Shown here: positions 1 through 9,728 of the stretch, piece after piece
How positions within the stretch are numbered: the stretch's first letter is position 1
Layout: every line of letters starts with the position of its first letter
Assembly: GCA_046318675.1 (NCBI GenBank)
Contig: JBKCUA010000013.1
Span: forward strand, 109,042-173,041
DNA: 64,000 nucleotides
Reading direction: 5' to 3'
From: Holosporales bacterium
GTDB lineage: Bacteria; Pseudomonadota; Alphaproteobacteria; JAJTHO01
The notes under the pieces: model-generated
What the model was told of the DNA's origin: nothing
Databases searched by the model: none
What the model saw: the letters and a program-made list of their open reading frames with translations, nothing else
Translations under genes and position numbers: made by a program

Positions 1-78
1 AACGCTTAACGCGGCGGCGAAACATAAACTTATAAAACCACGTCACAGTATAACATAATAAAACTATTTCCGATAGAG

Positions 79-2526
79 CTAGTAAATGCCCTCAATAAAA
101 TTTTCTTGTGGTGTTACTGTTTTTTTAGTGGAATCGAGAACTGGTGGATTTTTTAGCTCTAATTCGGTATGAGTTACAGGTGCATCACGCTTAAATACTT
201 CTACAGTAATATGATTGTCCCCTGGGCGAGCAACATTTCCGGTATCCGCGTTAATACGAACCAGTGTGACATCACTGGGTATATTGAAGGGTTTTATGGG
301 CTTGTTGGCGAAGGCTGAGGTCATAAAATCACGGAATGCTGGTACTGCAACGGCAGCACCAGTTTCCTTTTCTCCTAGATTTCGTGGTTCATCATAACCT
401 ATGTATACACCGGCAACAATATCCGGAGAAAAACCAATAAACCACACGTCTTTATAATCATTTGTGGTTCCGGTTTTTCCAGCCAATGGTCGGCCAAGGC
501 TTTTCAAGTTAGTAGCGGTGCCACGTTGAACAACGCCTTCTAGCATACTGACACTTTGATAGGCACTGGCGGAGTCAGTAACCATTTCAATAACACCTGA
601 AGGTGTTGGAACACTCTGACCTTCCCAAGAAAGCGTTTCACAGAATTCACAGGTGCGAGTATCGTGTTTATAAACTGTTTTTCCTGTGCTGTCTTGAATG
701 CGATCGATGAGGGTGGGATCAATTTTTTGGCCGCCATTAACCAACATGGCATAAGCGTTTGTCATGCGCAGCAATGTTGTTTCATGAACACCTAGTGATC
801 CCGATAAGTATAGAGGCATTTTTTCATATATACCAAAGCGTTGAGCCACCGAACTAACGCTTCGCATACCAATAGACTGGGCAATTCGAATTGTCATTAG
901 GTTGCGTGATTTTTCAATTCCGGTACGCATGGGTACAAGACCATAATATTCTTTAGTATAGTTTTCTGGTCTCCATATTCCTTGGTCTGGCCCCATATCA
1001 ATGACGATTGGCGCGTCTAAAACAATAGTAGAGGGATTATATCCGTGCTCCAGTGCGGCTAGGTACACAAATGGTTTAAATGTTGATCCGGGTTGTCGCC
1101 GAGCCTGTGTTACACGATTAAATTGATTCCCCTGATAATTGAATCCTCCGACAAGAGCCAATACTCTACCTGTATGCGGGTCTAAAGCCACTAAGCCGCC
1201 GTTGACTTCAGGGGGCTGAATAAGCTCCCATCCTACAGGAGTCTTGTCCGCCACAGGTCGTGGGCGCACATAAATAACGTCGCCAACGTTTAAAACATCA
1301 CTGATGGTGTTAATAATATTGCCAAGGCTATTATTTGGTAGGCTGCGCCGAGCCCAGCGCATACTATTTAAGTCAAGACTGACTTCATTCTTATCTTGCC
1401 CTTGTAAAATTATGGTTGCGGATTCTTTTGCAATGCGTGAAACAACACCCAGCCTCCAACCAAGTCTAGCATAGGGATTTGGAATTGTTTGAAGACTTGC
1501 TTCCCATTTATTGATATTAAAATCCAACCGCGCTATAGCTCCACGCCAACCGTGACGGCGATCATAAGCGATTATAGCGTTTCGCAGAGCCACTTCAGCC
1601 GCACTTTGTAAACTCGGATCTAGGGTTGTCTTGACGGAAAGCCCCCCACGATAAACACCATGTTGTCCATAACGAGCGACTAGCCAGCGCCGCACTTCCT
1701 CAGAAAAATCTTCAGCCTTAAAAACTTCAGTTTTCGATCGAGGAAGAATAGCAAGAGGTTCATTAACAGAGACGCGAAGCACCTCTCGTGTGATAATGCC
1801 ATCTTCATACATTCGTGACAAAACCCAATTACGCCGACCGACCGCGGCTGCTTTTTCTTGCACCGGATGGTAATTGTTAGGAGCTTTTGGTAGACCCGCA
1901 AGATAGGCGGCTTCAGCCGGAGATAACTCATCAAGGGATTTGTTAAAATAATTCAAAGCCGCTGCAGCCACTCCGTACGAACCCATGCCGAGATAAATCT
2001 CATTTAGATAGAGCTCCAGAATACGATCTTTGCTAAGGGCTGTTTCAATTCGCGTGGATAAAATAGCCTCACGAATTTTTCGGCGCAATGTGCGTTCATT
2101 GCCGACTAAAAAATTTTTAGTCACTTGCTGGGTAATAGTTGAAGCTCCTTGGGGGCGATGTGGCTGCCCAGTAATTTTCAGGAAAGCGTTTGTTAAAGCC
2201 GCTCTAGCAATAGACGGCAAATCAACCCCGGAATGATTATAAAAATTTTTATCCTCAGCGGATAAGAATGCCTGTTTTACCAAATCAGGCATAACCCCTA
2301 TGGGAATGAAAACTCTTTTTTCTTCTGCATACTCAGCCAACAATCGGCCATCACCACTATGTAAGCGACTAACAACAGGAGGCTGATAGCTTTTAAGCTC
2401 TGAATAATCAGGCAAATCCTCACTGAAATGCTTATAAATTATGTACGCAGTGCCAACACTTAATATTGTTCCCGTAACTATAACGGCGGCGAAAAACTGT
2501 ATCAGACGAACAAAAAAGATGCGCAT
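79..2526 (-). CDS. mrcA: penicillin-binding protein 1A (bifunctional transglycosylase/transpeptidase)
   Basis: 815 aa; N-terminal TM, glycosyltransferase GT51 motifs (EDKNFYNHSGVD), transpeptidase STFK and KTGT motifs. Confidence 0.9.
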   Translation of the reverse strand: MRIFFVRLIQFFAAVIVTGTILSVGTAYIIYKHFSEDLPDYSELKSYQPPVVSRLHSGDGRLLAEYAEEKRVFIPIGVMPDLVKQAFLSAEDKNFYNHSGVDLPSIARAALTNAFLKITGQPHRPQGASTITQQVTKNFLVGNERTLRRKIREAILSTRIETALSKDRILELYLNEIYLGMGSYGVAAAALNYFNKSLDELSPAEAAYLAGLPKAPNNYHPVQEKAAAVGRRNWVLSRMYEDGIITREVLRVSVNEPLAILPRSKTEVFKAEDFSEEVRRWLVARYGQHGVYRGGLSVKTTLDPSLQSAAEVALRNAIIAYDRRHGWRGAIARLDFNINKWEASLQTIPNPYARLGWRLGVVSRIAKESATIILQGQDKNEVSLDLNSMRWARRSLPNNSLGNIINTISDVLNVGDVIYVRPRPVADKTPVGWELIQPPEVNGGLVALDPHTGRVLALVGGFNYQGNQFNRVTQARRQPGSTFKPFVYLAALEHGYNPSTIVLDAPIVIDMGPDQGIWRPENYTKEYYGLVPMRTGIEKSRNLMTIRIAQSIGMRSVSSVAQRFGIYEKMPLYLSGSLGVHETTLLRMTNAYAMLVNGGQKIDPTLIDRIQDSTGKTVYKHDTRTCEFCETLSWEGQSVPTPSGVIEMVTDSASAYQSVSMLEGVVQRGTATNLKSLGRPLAGKTGTTNDYKDVWFIGFSPDIVAGVYIGYDEPRNLGEKETGAAVAVPAFRDFMTSAFANKPIKPFNIPSDVTLVRINADTGNVARPGDNHITVEVFKRDAPVTHTELELKNPPVLDSTKKTVTPQENFIEGIY

Positions 2527-2696
2527 GTATGTTCGAGTTTATGACATTCCTTAAAGAACTTGTCGAGAGATGAACATAAAATTGTTATTGCGGTGTTATA
2601 TATCTGGTCAGTGGCTCTTCTTCGGATGCAATTCGAGTTGGAACTATATTGCGAACAAATTGCAGACTTAGTTTAAATGTGATAGCAACTGCTACT

Positions 2697-3269
2697 ATGA
2701 TAAATTCTTCTTTTTCTTTTACATCAGAAAATCAACATCGTGCAACACAAATTGTCGCTCGTTATCCGAAAGGTCGGCAAGCCTCGGCAACTCTTCCGCT
2801 GCTCGATATTGCACAACGTCAAAATGGCAACTGGTTATCCCGCGCAGCCATTGCATATGTCGCCGAATATTTATCTATACCCTTCATGCGCGTCTATGAA
2901 GTTGCCAGTTTCTATACTATGTTTAATCTCAAACCTGTTGGTCAATATTTAGTACAAGTCTGCCGCACAACTCCCTGTTGGTTGCGTGGTAGTGATAACA
3001 TCACCCGCACGTGTGAAGATCATTTGCATATTTCCCTTGGAGACACCACTGCCGATAATAAATTTACCCTAGTAGAAGTTGAATGCCTTGGTGCCTGCGT
3101 AAATGCTCCAGTAGTGCAAATTAATGACGATTACTATGAAGATTTAACAACTGAAAGTATTAAAGATTTACTATCAAAATTGGCACACGGTCAAACACCC
3201 ATCACTGGAAGCCAGACAGGTCGCCAATTCTCTGCTCCTACGGAATCATCATGTACCGCCCCGGCGTAG
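2697..3269 (+). CDS. nuoE: NADH-quinone oxidoreductase subunit E-like thioredoxin-like [2Fe-2S] protein (ORF begins 2649; likely start Met at 2697)
   Basis: Close match to alphaproteobacterial NuoE pattern (YPKGRQASATLPLLDIAQRQNG...VCRTTPCWLRGSD...ECLGACVNAP); cysteine ligands present. Confidence 0.75.
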   Translation: MINSSFSFTSENQHRATQIVARYPKGRQASATLPLLDIAQRQNGNWLSRAAIAYVAEYLSIPFMRVYEVASFYTMFNLKPVGQYLVQVCRTTPCWLRGSDNITRTCEDHLHISLGDTTADNKFTLVEVECLGACVNAPVVQINDDYYEDLTTESIKDLLSKLAHGQTPITGSQTGRQFSAPTESSCTAPA

Positions 3270-3721
3270 GTATTGCGTTATTCAACGCCAAAGGCCAAAT
3301 TTTTATTGGACAAAGAATTGATACTAAAGTGGAATCATGGCAAATGCCACAAGGCGGCGTTGACCCAGGCGAGACACCAGATGTCGCCATGTGGCGTGAA
3401 CTAGCCGAAGAAACCGGGCTAAAAACTGCACGTTTATTACAACAAGTCCCGGGGGTCTTTCGTTACGATCTTCCCGATGACTTGGCTCCTCTTTTTTGGG
3501 GAGGACGCTATAAAGGCCAAGAACAAGTCTGGTTTGCCCTGCGCCACAATGGGGATGATAATGCCATCAATATTCAAACGCCCAATCCTGAATTTAAAGC
3601 TTGGCGATGGGCATCATTAAATGAGCTTCTAAACCTCATTGTACCTTTCAAGCGTCCTCTATACACCGCCTTAGTACCGCAACTGGCAAAAATATGGACT
3701 GACCATGCTGCATCTTGCTGA
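3251..3721 (+). CDS. rppH: RNA pyrophosphohydrolase (Nudix hydrolase)
   Basis: Nudix box (GGVDPGETPDVAMWRELAEETG), N-terminus MYRPGVGIALFN typical of alphaproteobacterial RppH. Confidence 0.8.
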   Translation: MYRPGVGIALFNAKGQIFIGQRIDTKVESWQMPQGGVDPGETPDVAMWRELAEETGLKTARLLQQVPGVFRYDLPDDLAPLFWGGRYKGQEQVWFALRHNGDDNAINIQTPNPEFKAWRWASLNELLNLIVPFKRPLYTALVPQLAKIWTDHAASC

Positions 3722-4682
3722 AAAACTAGGGCGTCGTTTTTTGCATCTTTTACCGCCAGAACTGGCGCATCACTTGGCATTGACTGCTCTCAAAAACAAT
3801 CTTGTCCCGCGCATTAGCGTTCCTGAACGTAAAATTACCCTCTGGGGACACACTCTACGCCATCCTCTTGGCCTTGCCGCTGGATTTGATAAAGATGGTA
3901 TTGCCCTGCCCGGACTCATCAACCTGGGGTTTAGTGCTATTGAAGTTGGCACAACCACCCCGTTGCCTCAGCCAGGCAACGCCAAGCCTAGACTGTTCAG
4001 GATACCCAAACAACATTCACTAATCAATCGCCTAGGATTCAACAATGACGGTCACGATGCCCTGCGCCAACGGTTGGAACGTCTTAGTCCCATACTCCGT
4101 ACCCGAATACTTCTAGGGGTCAATATTGGCAAAAATAAGGATAGCCCTTCCGCTATTGCCGATTACACCGCCGGGGTGAGAGCTTTTGCGGATTTAGCAG
4201 ATTACTTGGTAGTTAACATTTCCTCCCCCAACACCCCGGGCTTGCGCGCCTTACAAGATAGAGCATCACTTGAACCTTTACTAGAAGCCGTTGCCGATGC
4301 CATGTCACGCCAACCATCGCCTAAACCCCTATGCCTGAAAATTGCCCCCGACCTCGATTCTGAAGCTATTGCAGAAATTGCTACTCTAGCGATCGCCTAT
4401 CGTCTTGGTGGCCTAGTTATTAGCAACACCACCATCACTCGCCCAGAATCTCTACCACATTGGGCTCGTCAACAAACCGGCGGTCTAAGCGGCGTTCCCC
4501 TCAAACCCCTAGCTTTGGCTGCCCTTCGTGCTGCTAAAGAAGCTGCCCCTACCTTACCTCTCATTGGGGTGGGCGGCATTAATTCCAAAGAAGACATGGA
4601 AGAGCGCCTTGCTGCTGGAGCCTCATTCGTTCAAGTGTACAGTGCTTTTGTTTATCAAGGCGCGGGCGTGCTGCGCTGGTAA
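3705..4682 (+). CDS. pyrD: dihydroorotate dehydrogenase (quinone), class 2
   Basis: 325 aa; GFDKDG, NISSPNTPGLR, GVGGI motifs of PyrD family 2. Confidence 0.85.
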   Translation: MLHLAEKLGRRFLHLLPPELAHHLALTALKNNLVPRISVPERKITLWGHTLRHPLGLAAGFDKDGIALPGLINLGFSAIEVGTTTPLPQPGNAKPRLFRIPKQHSLINRLGFNNDGHDALRQRLERLSPILRTRILLGVNIGKNKDSPSAIADYTAGVRAFADLADYLVVNISSPNTPGLRALQDRASLEPLLEAVADAMSRQPSPKPLCLKIAPDLDSEAIAEIATLAIAYRLGGLVISNTTITRPESLPHWARQQTGGLSGVPLKPLALAALRAAKEAAPTLPLIGVGGINSKEDMEERLAAGASFVQVYSAFVYQGAGVLRW

Positions 4683-5152
4683 CTGGTATTCAACACCCAC
4701 GTCTGGGCATCCCGCCCATAGCCATAATAATCCCGCCTTATGCCAACCTGCTCACCTCCCATACTGGCATACAGTGCCTGAGCGGGAATATTGCTTACTT
4801 CAACCTCTAAATACAATACAGTAATGCCCTCTTTTTTTGCTACGTTCATGACCGTTTGCAACATTGTTTTCGCCCATCCACGCCGCCGCCATGATGGTAA
4901 CACCCCAATAAAAAGTATCTCGCCAGTATCAGCATCGAGCCGTTGGCAAAGGCAAGCACCAACAAGAATATTTTTTAGCACAGCAAAAGAAAAGCCTTGA
5001 TTTATAATGCACTGATAATAACTATCCTCCCAAATAGTCCCTAGCGTTGCTCGGTGCAACGCGGCCAAACCATCCGAGTTTTGCAACACCATCACATCGG
5101 GCTGTTCTTGAATCACGATGTCTTGTACACTGAAGGGGTGACTAAATTCCAT
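4655..5152 (-). CDS. GNAT family N-acetyltransferase (RimI-like)
   Basis: 165 aa; acetyl-CoA binding motif (RRRGWAKTML) typical of GNAT fold. Confidence 0.6.
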   Translation of the reverse strand: MEFSHPFSVQDIVIQEQPDVMVLQNSDGLAALHRATLGTIWEDSYYQCIINQGFSFAVLKNILVGACLCQRLDADTGEILFIGVLPSWRRRGWAKTMLQTVMNVAKKEGITVLYLEVEVSNIPAQALYASMGGEQVGIRRDYYGYGRDAQTWVLNTSYQRSTPAP

Positions 5153-5596
5153 GCTCCTCGTTATGAAAACCGCAAAGCGCGCTTTAATGTTGCCATTGAT
5201 GAGACGTTAGAGGCTGGCATTGAACTATTAGGCAGCGAAGTCAAATCTCTCCGCCTTGGCCGGGCTAGTATTAATGAGGCATTTGCCATCAATCGCGGTG
5301 ATGAGCTGTACTTGCTAAACTGTACCATTCCTGAATACCCCGGTGCCAACCGCTTTAACCACAACCCAAACCGAGAGCGGCGGTTATTGCTACACCGTGG
5401 ACAGTTAAATAAAATTATCGGCGCGGTCACTAGGGAGAGAGTCGCCGTTGTGCCACTAGCCCTTTATTTCAATCAACGCGGCCGGGTTAAATGCCTTATT
5501 GGTATCGGCAAAGGCAAAAACAAAGAAGACAAACGCGCCACCATCAAAGAACGGGACTGGCAAAGGGAAAAAGCCCGCATCCTCAAAGGCGACTAA
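5138..5596 (+). CDS. smpB: SsrA-binding protein SmpB (probable GTG start at 5138 within ORF 5054..5596)
   Basis: ENRKARFNVAIDETLEAGIELLGSEVKSLR... conserved SmpB core; basic C-terminal tail. Confidence 0.8.
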   Translation: MTKFHAPRYENRKARFNVAIDETLEAGIELLGSEVKSLRLGRASINEAFAINRGDELYLLNCTIPEYPGANRFNHNPNRERRLLLHRGQLNKIIGAVTRERVAVVPLALYFNQRGRVKCLIGIGKGKNKEDKRATIKERDWQREKARILKGD

Positions 5597-6357
5597 AAAA
5601 TGGCTTTGCCCCGGCATCGCCCTGCTAGGTACAAGAACGGGGTGTCACAGATACTGATCGCTACCCGCAGCAGGTACGTTCCGAGAATGTAGGTAAAGAA
5701 TAGCGCATTCCAACCCACGGGCTGCTCGGCTAGAACATTCCATGCCAAGATAGAAAATACTGTATTGTCAATAAAATTTGAAACGAGTGCTGCCGCATTG
5801 TTCCGTAGCCACAGCATCTTCCCCTGCGTCCGACCGCGCAGCCACGCGTACATATACACATCATTCAGCTGGCTCACCAAATAGGCCGCCAGACTAGCCA
5901 CAAGCAACGCCGGCGCGGGCAGGAACAACGCCTTCATATGCTCATGATACGGCAGGTTCCAGGCCATGGCTTCCCCGGCCTGTTCCGGTGTTAGCGGGCT
6001 GTACCCCAGTGCCATCAACACAAACACTGTAAATACTAAATACCCAGCAAAACCAATAAACACCGCCTTGCGGGCAACAGCCTTACCGTACCACTCATTC
6101 AAAATATCCGTCGCCAAATAAATCGACGCATAGACCACAGTACCCAAGGCCACCGGATCAGCGTAAAAGGGAAACTGTACCGCTTTCAGCACGGCAATAT
6201 TAGCCGCAATCACCGCAATGGGAATATACGCACAAATGCCCGCCGGCCCAAAAAGACGCAGCATAACCAGAAGAGAACTATAGCAAATAACCATCTCTGC
6301 CATCAACAACCACGCCGAAGGCAGGCTATTCAGCCATACAACAAAAAACTCAAGCAC
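5593..6357 (-). CDS. YhhQ/VUT-family queuosine-precursor transporter
   Basis: 254 aa polytopic membrane protein; conserved ATD..., SNFIDNTVF and C-terminal motifs shared with E. coli YhhQ. Confidence 0.7.
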   Translation of the reverse strand: MLEFFVVWLNSLPSAWLLMAEMVICYSSLLVMLRLFGPAGICAYIPIAVIAANIAVLKAVQFPFYADPVALGTVVYASIYLATDILNEWYGKAVARKAVFIGFAGYLVFTVFVLMALGYSPLTPEQAGEAMAWNLPYHEHMKALFLPAPALLVASLAAYLVSQLNDVYMYAWLRGRTQGKMLWLRNNAAALVSNFIDNTVFSILAWNVLAEQPVGWNALFFTYILGTYLLRVAISICDTPFLYLAGRCRGKAIF

Positions 6358-6359
6358 GC

Positions 6360-6641
6360 TTATGCGGCAACTTTAAGTAATTGCCTCTTCACGGCCAGAG
6401 CTTCCAATGGTAAATCCATATCGGAAGTTTTCAACAAAAACGCATCCAGGCCGCCGGCGTGTTCGACGCAACGCACCCCATACGGGGTGGCGCGAAAGCG
6501 AAAGCCGCGCTGTAACTTTTCAGATACTAAGGTTATCTGCTGTAAATTCGGCAAAAAACGACGGCGCGTTTTATTATTGGCATGACTGACATTGTTGCCT
6601 GTCTGCACACCCCGACCTGTTAATTCACAACGCCGCGCCAT
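6360..6641 (-). CDS. rpmB: 50S ribosomal protein L28
   Basis: [34 protein letters not shown] matches L28 signature; ORF extends to 6653 but second Met is likely start. Confidence 0.85.
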   Translation of the reverse strand: MARRCELTGRGVQTGNNVSHANNKTRRRFLPNLQQITLVSEKLQRGFRFRATPYGVRCVEHAGGLDAFLLKTSDMDLPLEALAVKRQLLKVAA

Positions 6642-6764
6642 AAAATCCTCCAATCAAAGGACAAGCTTTCTAGCAAAATATAGACCAGCCTGTCAATATT
6701 TTCAGCACTTACAACCACGCAGCAATAAAACCATAAAAAACAAAAACCACAAACTATCTGCTGG

Positions 6765-8354
6765 TTGACCAACCCAAGCATATGCCTATATTTGGCCATC
6801 ATGGCAACAGTTCCAGCATTACCCGATACCCCCGCTTCCTGGCCGTTTCAGGAGGCAGCTAAACTTCAGGATCGTTCCCGCGACAAAGGGTATATTCTAT
6901 TTGAAACAGGGTATGGGCCGTCAGGATTGCCGCACTTAGGCACGTTCGGTGAAGTCTTACGAACAACGATGGTACGCCGAGCCTTCGAAACATTGTGCCC
7001 CGACATTGCGACAAAACTCATCGCTTTTTCCGACGATATGGACGGCCTACGCAAGGTTCCTGGCAACGTACCAAACCAAGACCTTCTAACTAAGCATTTG
7101 CATCAGCCCTTAACAAAAGTACCCGATCCGTTTGAAATTTACCCCAGTTTTGGCGAACACAACAATGCCCGACTGTGCAGCTTTTTGGATGCCTTCGGCT
7201 TTAACTACGATTTTCGCAGTGCCACCGAATGCTACAAGACTGGGATTTTTGACGAAACCCTGCTCAAGGTGCTGCACCATTATGATGCCATTATGGCCGT
7301 GATGCTGCCAACCTTGGGCAAGGAGCGTCAAGAAACTTACAGCCCCTTCCTGCCTATCTGCCCCACCACGGGAAAAGTTCTACAGGCTGCTGTTGTAAGT
7401 CGTGATACAAAAAAAGGTACCATCATCTATACTGACCCAAGCACGAATAAAAACATCGAAGTTTCAGTAACCGGCGGAGCGTGTAAACTGCAATGGAAGG
7501 CCGATTGGGCAATGCGATGGGTGGCTCTGGGGGTTGATTATGAGATGGCGGGCAAAGATTTAACTGATTCCTTAAAATTATCGGATAAAATATGCCGCAT
7601 TCTGGGCGGCACCCCGCCAGTACATTTAATTTATGAGCTTTTCTTAGACGAAAAGGGAGAGAAAATTTCCAAATCCAAGGGCAACGGCTTGGCCTTAGAA
7701 GACTGGCTCCGCTATGCCCCTCAGGAGAGTCTTTCCTACTACCTCTTTCTCACCCCCACCAGAGCCAAAAAATTGTATTTTGATGTTATTCCCAAAGCTG
7801 CCGATGAATATTTAACTTTTTTGGAAAAATACCACAGCCAGTCCTTGGCACAACAGCGGGACAACCCCGTCTGGCATATCCACGGCGGTGCCCCCCCGCG
7901 CCCCGATGCCGATATTTCGTTCAGCCTGCTGCTCAACCTAGCGGCGGCCTGCAACGCCGAAGATGCCAGCATTTTGTGGGGTTTCATCCGACACAGTAAT
8001 CCAACCCTGACCCCGGAGGCTGCGCCTTTCCTCGATCACTTGGTGGGCTTTGCCGTCCGATATTACCATGATTTTGTTCGGGCAAAAAAAAACTACCGCC
8101 CGGCCACGGTACAAGAGGCCGCTGCCATAAAAGACCTCCAAAAACGCTTGCAAATCAGTGATTATCAAGACGCCGAAAGCCTGCAAACCATCGTCTATAC
8201 CGTCGGCACTGAACACGGCTTTACCAACCTCCGCGACTGGTTTGGCGCACTGTACGCGATCCTTCTCGGCCAAGAAACCGGCCCCCGAATGGGATCGTTT
8301 ATCGCCCTGTTTGGCGTGGAAGCGTTTTGCGCACTGATTGACGAAAAACTATGA
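6765..8354 (+). CDS. lysK: lysine--tRNA ligase, class I
   Basis: 529 aa; class I LysRS N-terminus (SWPFQEAAKL), HLGT (HIGH-like) and KISKSKG (KMSKS) motifs; start may be the Met at 6801. Confidence 0.8.
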   Translation: MTNPSICLYLAIMATVPALPDTPASWPFQEAAKLQDRSRDKGYILFETGYGPSGLPHLGTFGEVLRTTMVRRAFETLCPDIATKLIAFSDDMDGLRKVPGNVPNQDLLTKHLHQPLTKVPDPFEIYPSFGEHNNARLCSFLDAFGFNYDFRSATECYKTGIFDETLLKVLHHYDAIMAVMLPTLGKERQETYSPFLPICPTTGKVLQAAVVSRDTKKGTIIYTDPSTNKNIEVSVTGGACKLQWKADWAMRWVALGVDYEMAGKDLTDSLKLSDKICRILGGTPPVHLIYELFLDEKGEKISKSKGNGLALEDWLRYAPQESLSYYLFLTPTRAKKLYFDVIPKAADEYLTFLEKYHSQSLAQQRDNPVWHIHGGAPPRPDADISFSLLLNLAAACNAEDASILWGFIRHSNPTLTPEAAPFLDHLVGFAVRYYHDFVRAKKNYRPATVQEAAAIKDLQKRLQISDYQDAESLQTIVYTVGTEHGFTNLRDWFGALYAILLGQETGPRMGSFIALFGVEAFCALIDEKL

Positions 8355-9202
8355 CCCAAGCAACCGAAGCACAAAAAACTACGGCTGCCGCTTGGTTTGC
8401 GGCACTGCGCGACGATCTATGCGCGGCTTTTGAAGCCATAGAAGACGCAGCCGGCGGCCAACGCCCTGCGGGGCGATTTGTACGCACACCCTGGGAACGC
8501 GATCCGCGCACCGGATCAGGCGGCGGGGAAATGTCCATGATGCGCGGCGGCCGGGTTTTCGAAAAAGTTGGCGTCAATATTTCCACCGTCTGGGGCGACT
8601 TTACCCACGAATTTCGTGGTCAGATTCCGGGGACAAAGGAAAGCCCGGCTTTCTGGGCGTCGGGGGTCTCCTTAGTGGCACATATGCAGTCCCCCCTAGT
8701 TCCAGCCGCGCACTTTAATACCCGCATGATTAGCACTGGTCTTACATGGTTCGGTGGAGGCGGCGACCTGAACCCCATGTACCCGATAGAAAACGATACG
8801 GCAGATTTTCATAAAGCATTCAAAGCCGCCTGTGATAAACATGATCCCGGTTACTATCCCCGTTTCAAGGAATGGTGTGATGAGTATTTCTTTATCAAGC
8901 ACCGTGGTGTAGCGCGGGGGGTTGGCGGAATTTTTTACGATAACCTAACCACCCTATGGGAAAAGGATTTTGCGTTTACTCAAGATGTCGGTCGGGCGTT
9001 TTTGGAGATTTATCCGACCCTGATTCGGCGGCATATGCATGAGCCATGGACGCTGGAACAACGGGCTTGGCAACTGCAGAAACGAGGCCTTTATGCCGAA
9101 TTCAATTTACTATATGATAGAGGCACACAATTCGGCCTCAAAACCGGGGGCAATGTAGAAGCCATTCTCATGTCCCTGCCGCCGGAGGCAACATGGCCAT
9201 AG
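8351..9202 (+). CDS. hemF: oxygen-dependent coproporphyrinogen III oxidase
   Basis: 283 aa; conserved HemF blocks (RTPWERDPRTGSGGGEMSMMRGGRVFEK, YYPRFKEWCDEYF). Confidence 0.85.
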   Translation: MTQATEAQKTTAAAWFAALRDDLCAAFEAIEDAAGGQRPAGRFVRTPWERDPRTGSGGGEMSMMRGGRVFEKVGVNISTVWGDFTHEFRGQIPGTKESPAFWASGVSLVAHMQSPLVPAAHFNTRMISTGLTWFGGGGDLNPMYPIENDTADFHKAFKAACDKHDPGYYPRFKEWCDEYFFIKHRGVARGVGGIFYDNLTTLWEKDFAFTQDVGRAFLEIYPTLIRRHMHEPWTLEQRAWQLQKRGLYAEFNLLYDRGTQFGLKTGGNVEAILMSLPPEATWP

Positions 9203-9210
9203 GAGGCAAC

Positions 9211-9537
9211 ATGAAAGTGTGGGTGGTACTTTTTCTGGTGTTGACCCTGCCCGCTGCGGCGCAACAGCGTTACCCCAGCTATGTTCGCGATCGCACCATC
9301 AGCGATTGCATGACGCAAAAACCACCCGTGGCCGTTCCTTATAGCAATTCCCAAAAACGCGCCTATTGCACTTGTTATTACAACTATTTTCAGCAATACG
9401 TGCCCTACAATGACTTTGAGAAAACGGATCAACTGGCCAGAGCCGGACGAATAAAAGAAATTCCCATGTCTTTTGCCATGCACGTGGAAAAAGCTGTCAA
9501 TGCTTGCGGTCAGAGATTTCTCCTTAACAAGCAATAG
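9211..9537 (+). CDS. small secreted cysteine-containing hypothetical protein
   Basis: Sec signal peptide MKVWVVLFLVLTLPAAAQQ; 5 Cys; no recognised family. Confidence 0.4.
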   Translation: MKVWVVLFLVLTLPAAAQQRYPSYVRDRTISDCMTQKPPVAVPYSNSQKRAYCTCYYNYFQQYVPYNDFEKTDQLARAGRIKEIPMSFAMHVEKAVNACGQRFLLNKQ

Positions 9538-9548
9538 GATAAATAAAA

Positions 9549-9728
9549 ATGGACACTCATACCTTTGATAAAACATTGCTGGACATTCTGGTCTGCCCGG
9601 TGACGCGGCGGCCATTGGAATACCACGCCGACACCAACGAGCTTATCAGCAAGGCCGCAAAGTTAGCCTACCCCATTCGGGAGGGGATTCCCATCATGCT
9701 CCCCGAAGAAGCCCGGCATCTTGATTAG
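9549..9728 (+). CDS. Trm112/YcaR-family (UPF0434) small protein
   Basis: 59-aa ORF (below the 60-aa track cutoff): [25 protein letters not shown]...[18 protein letters not shown], classic Trm112-like zinc-ribbon-like motif. Confidence 0.7.
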   Translation: MDTHTFDKTLLDILVCPVTRRPLEYHADTNELISKAAKLAYPIREGIPIMLPEEARHLD

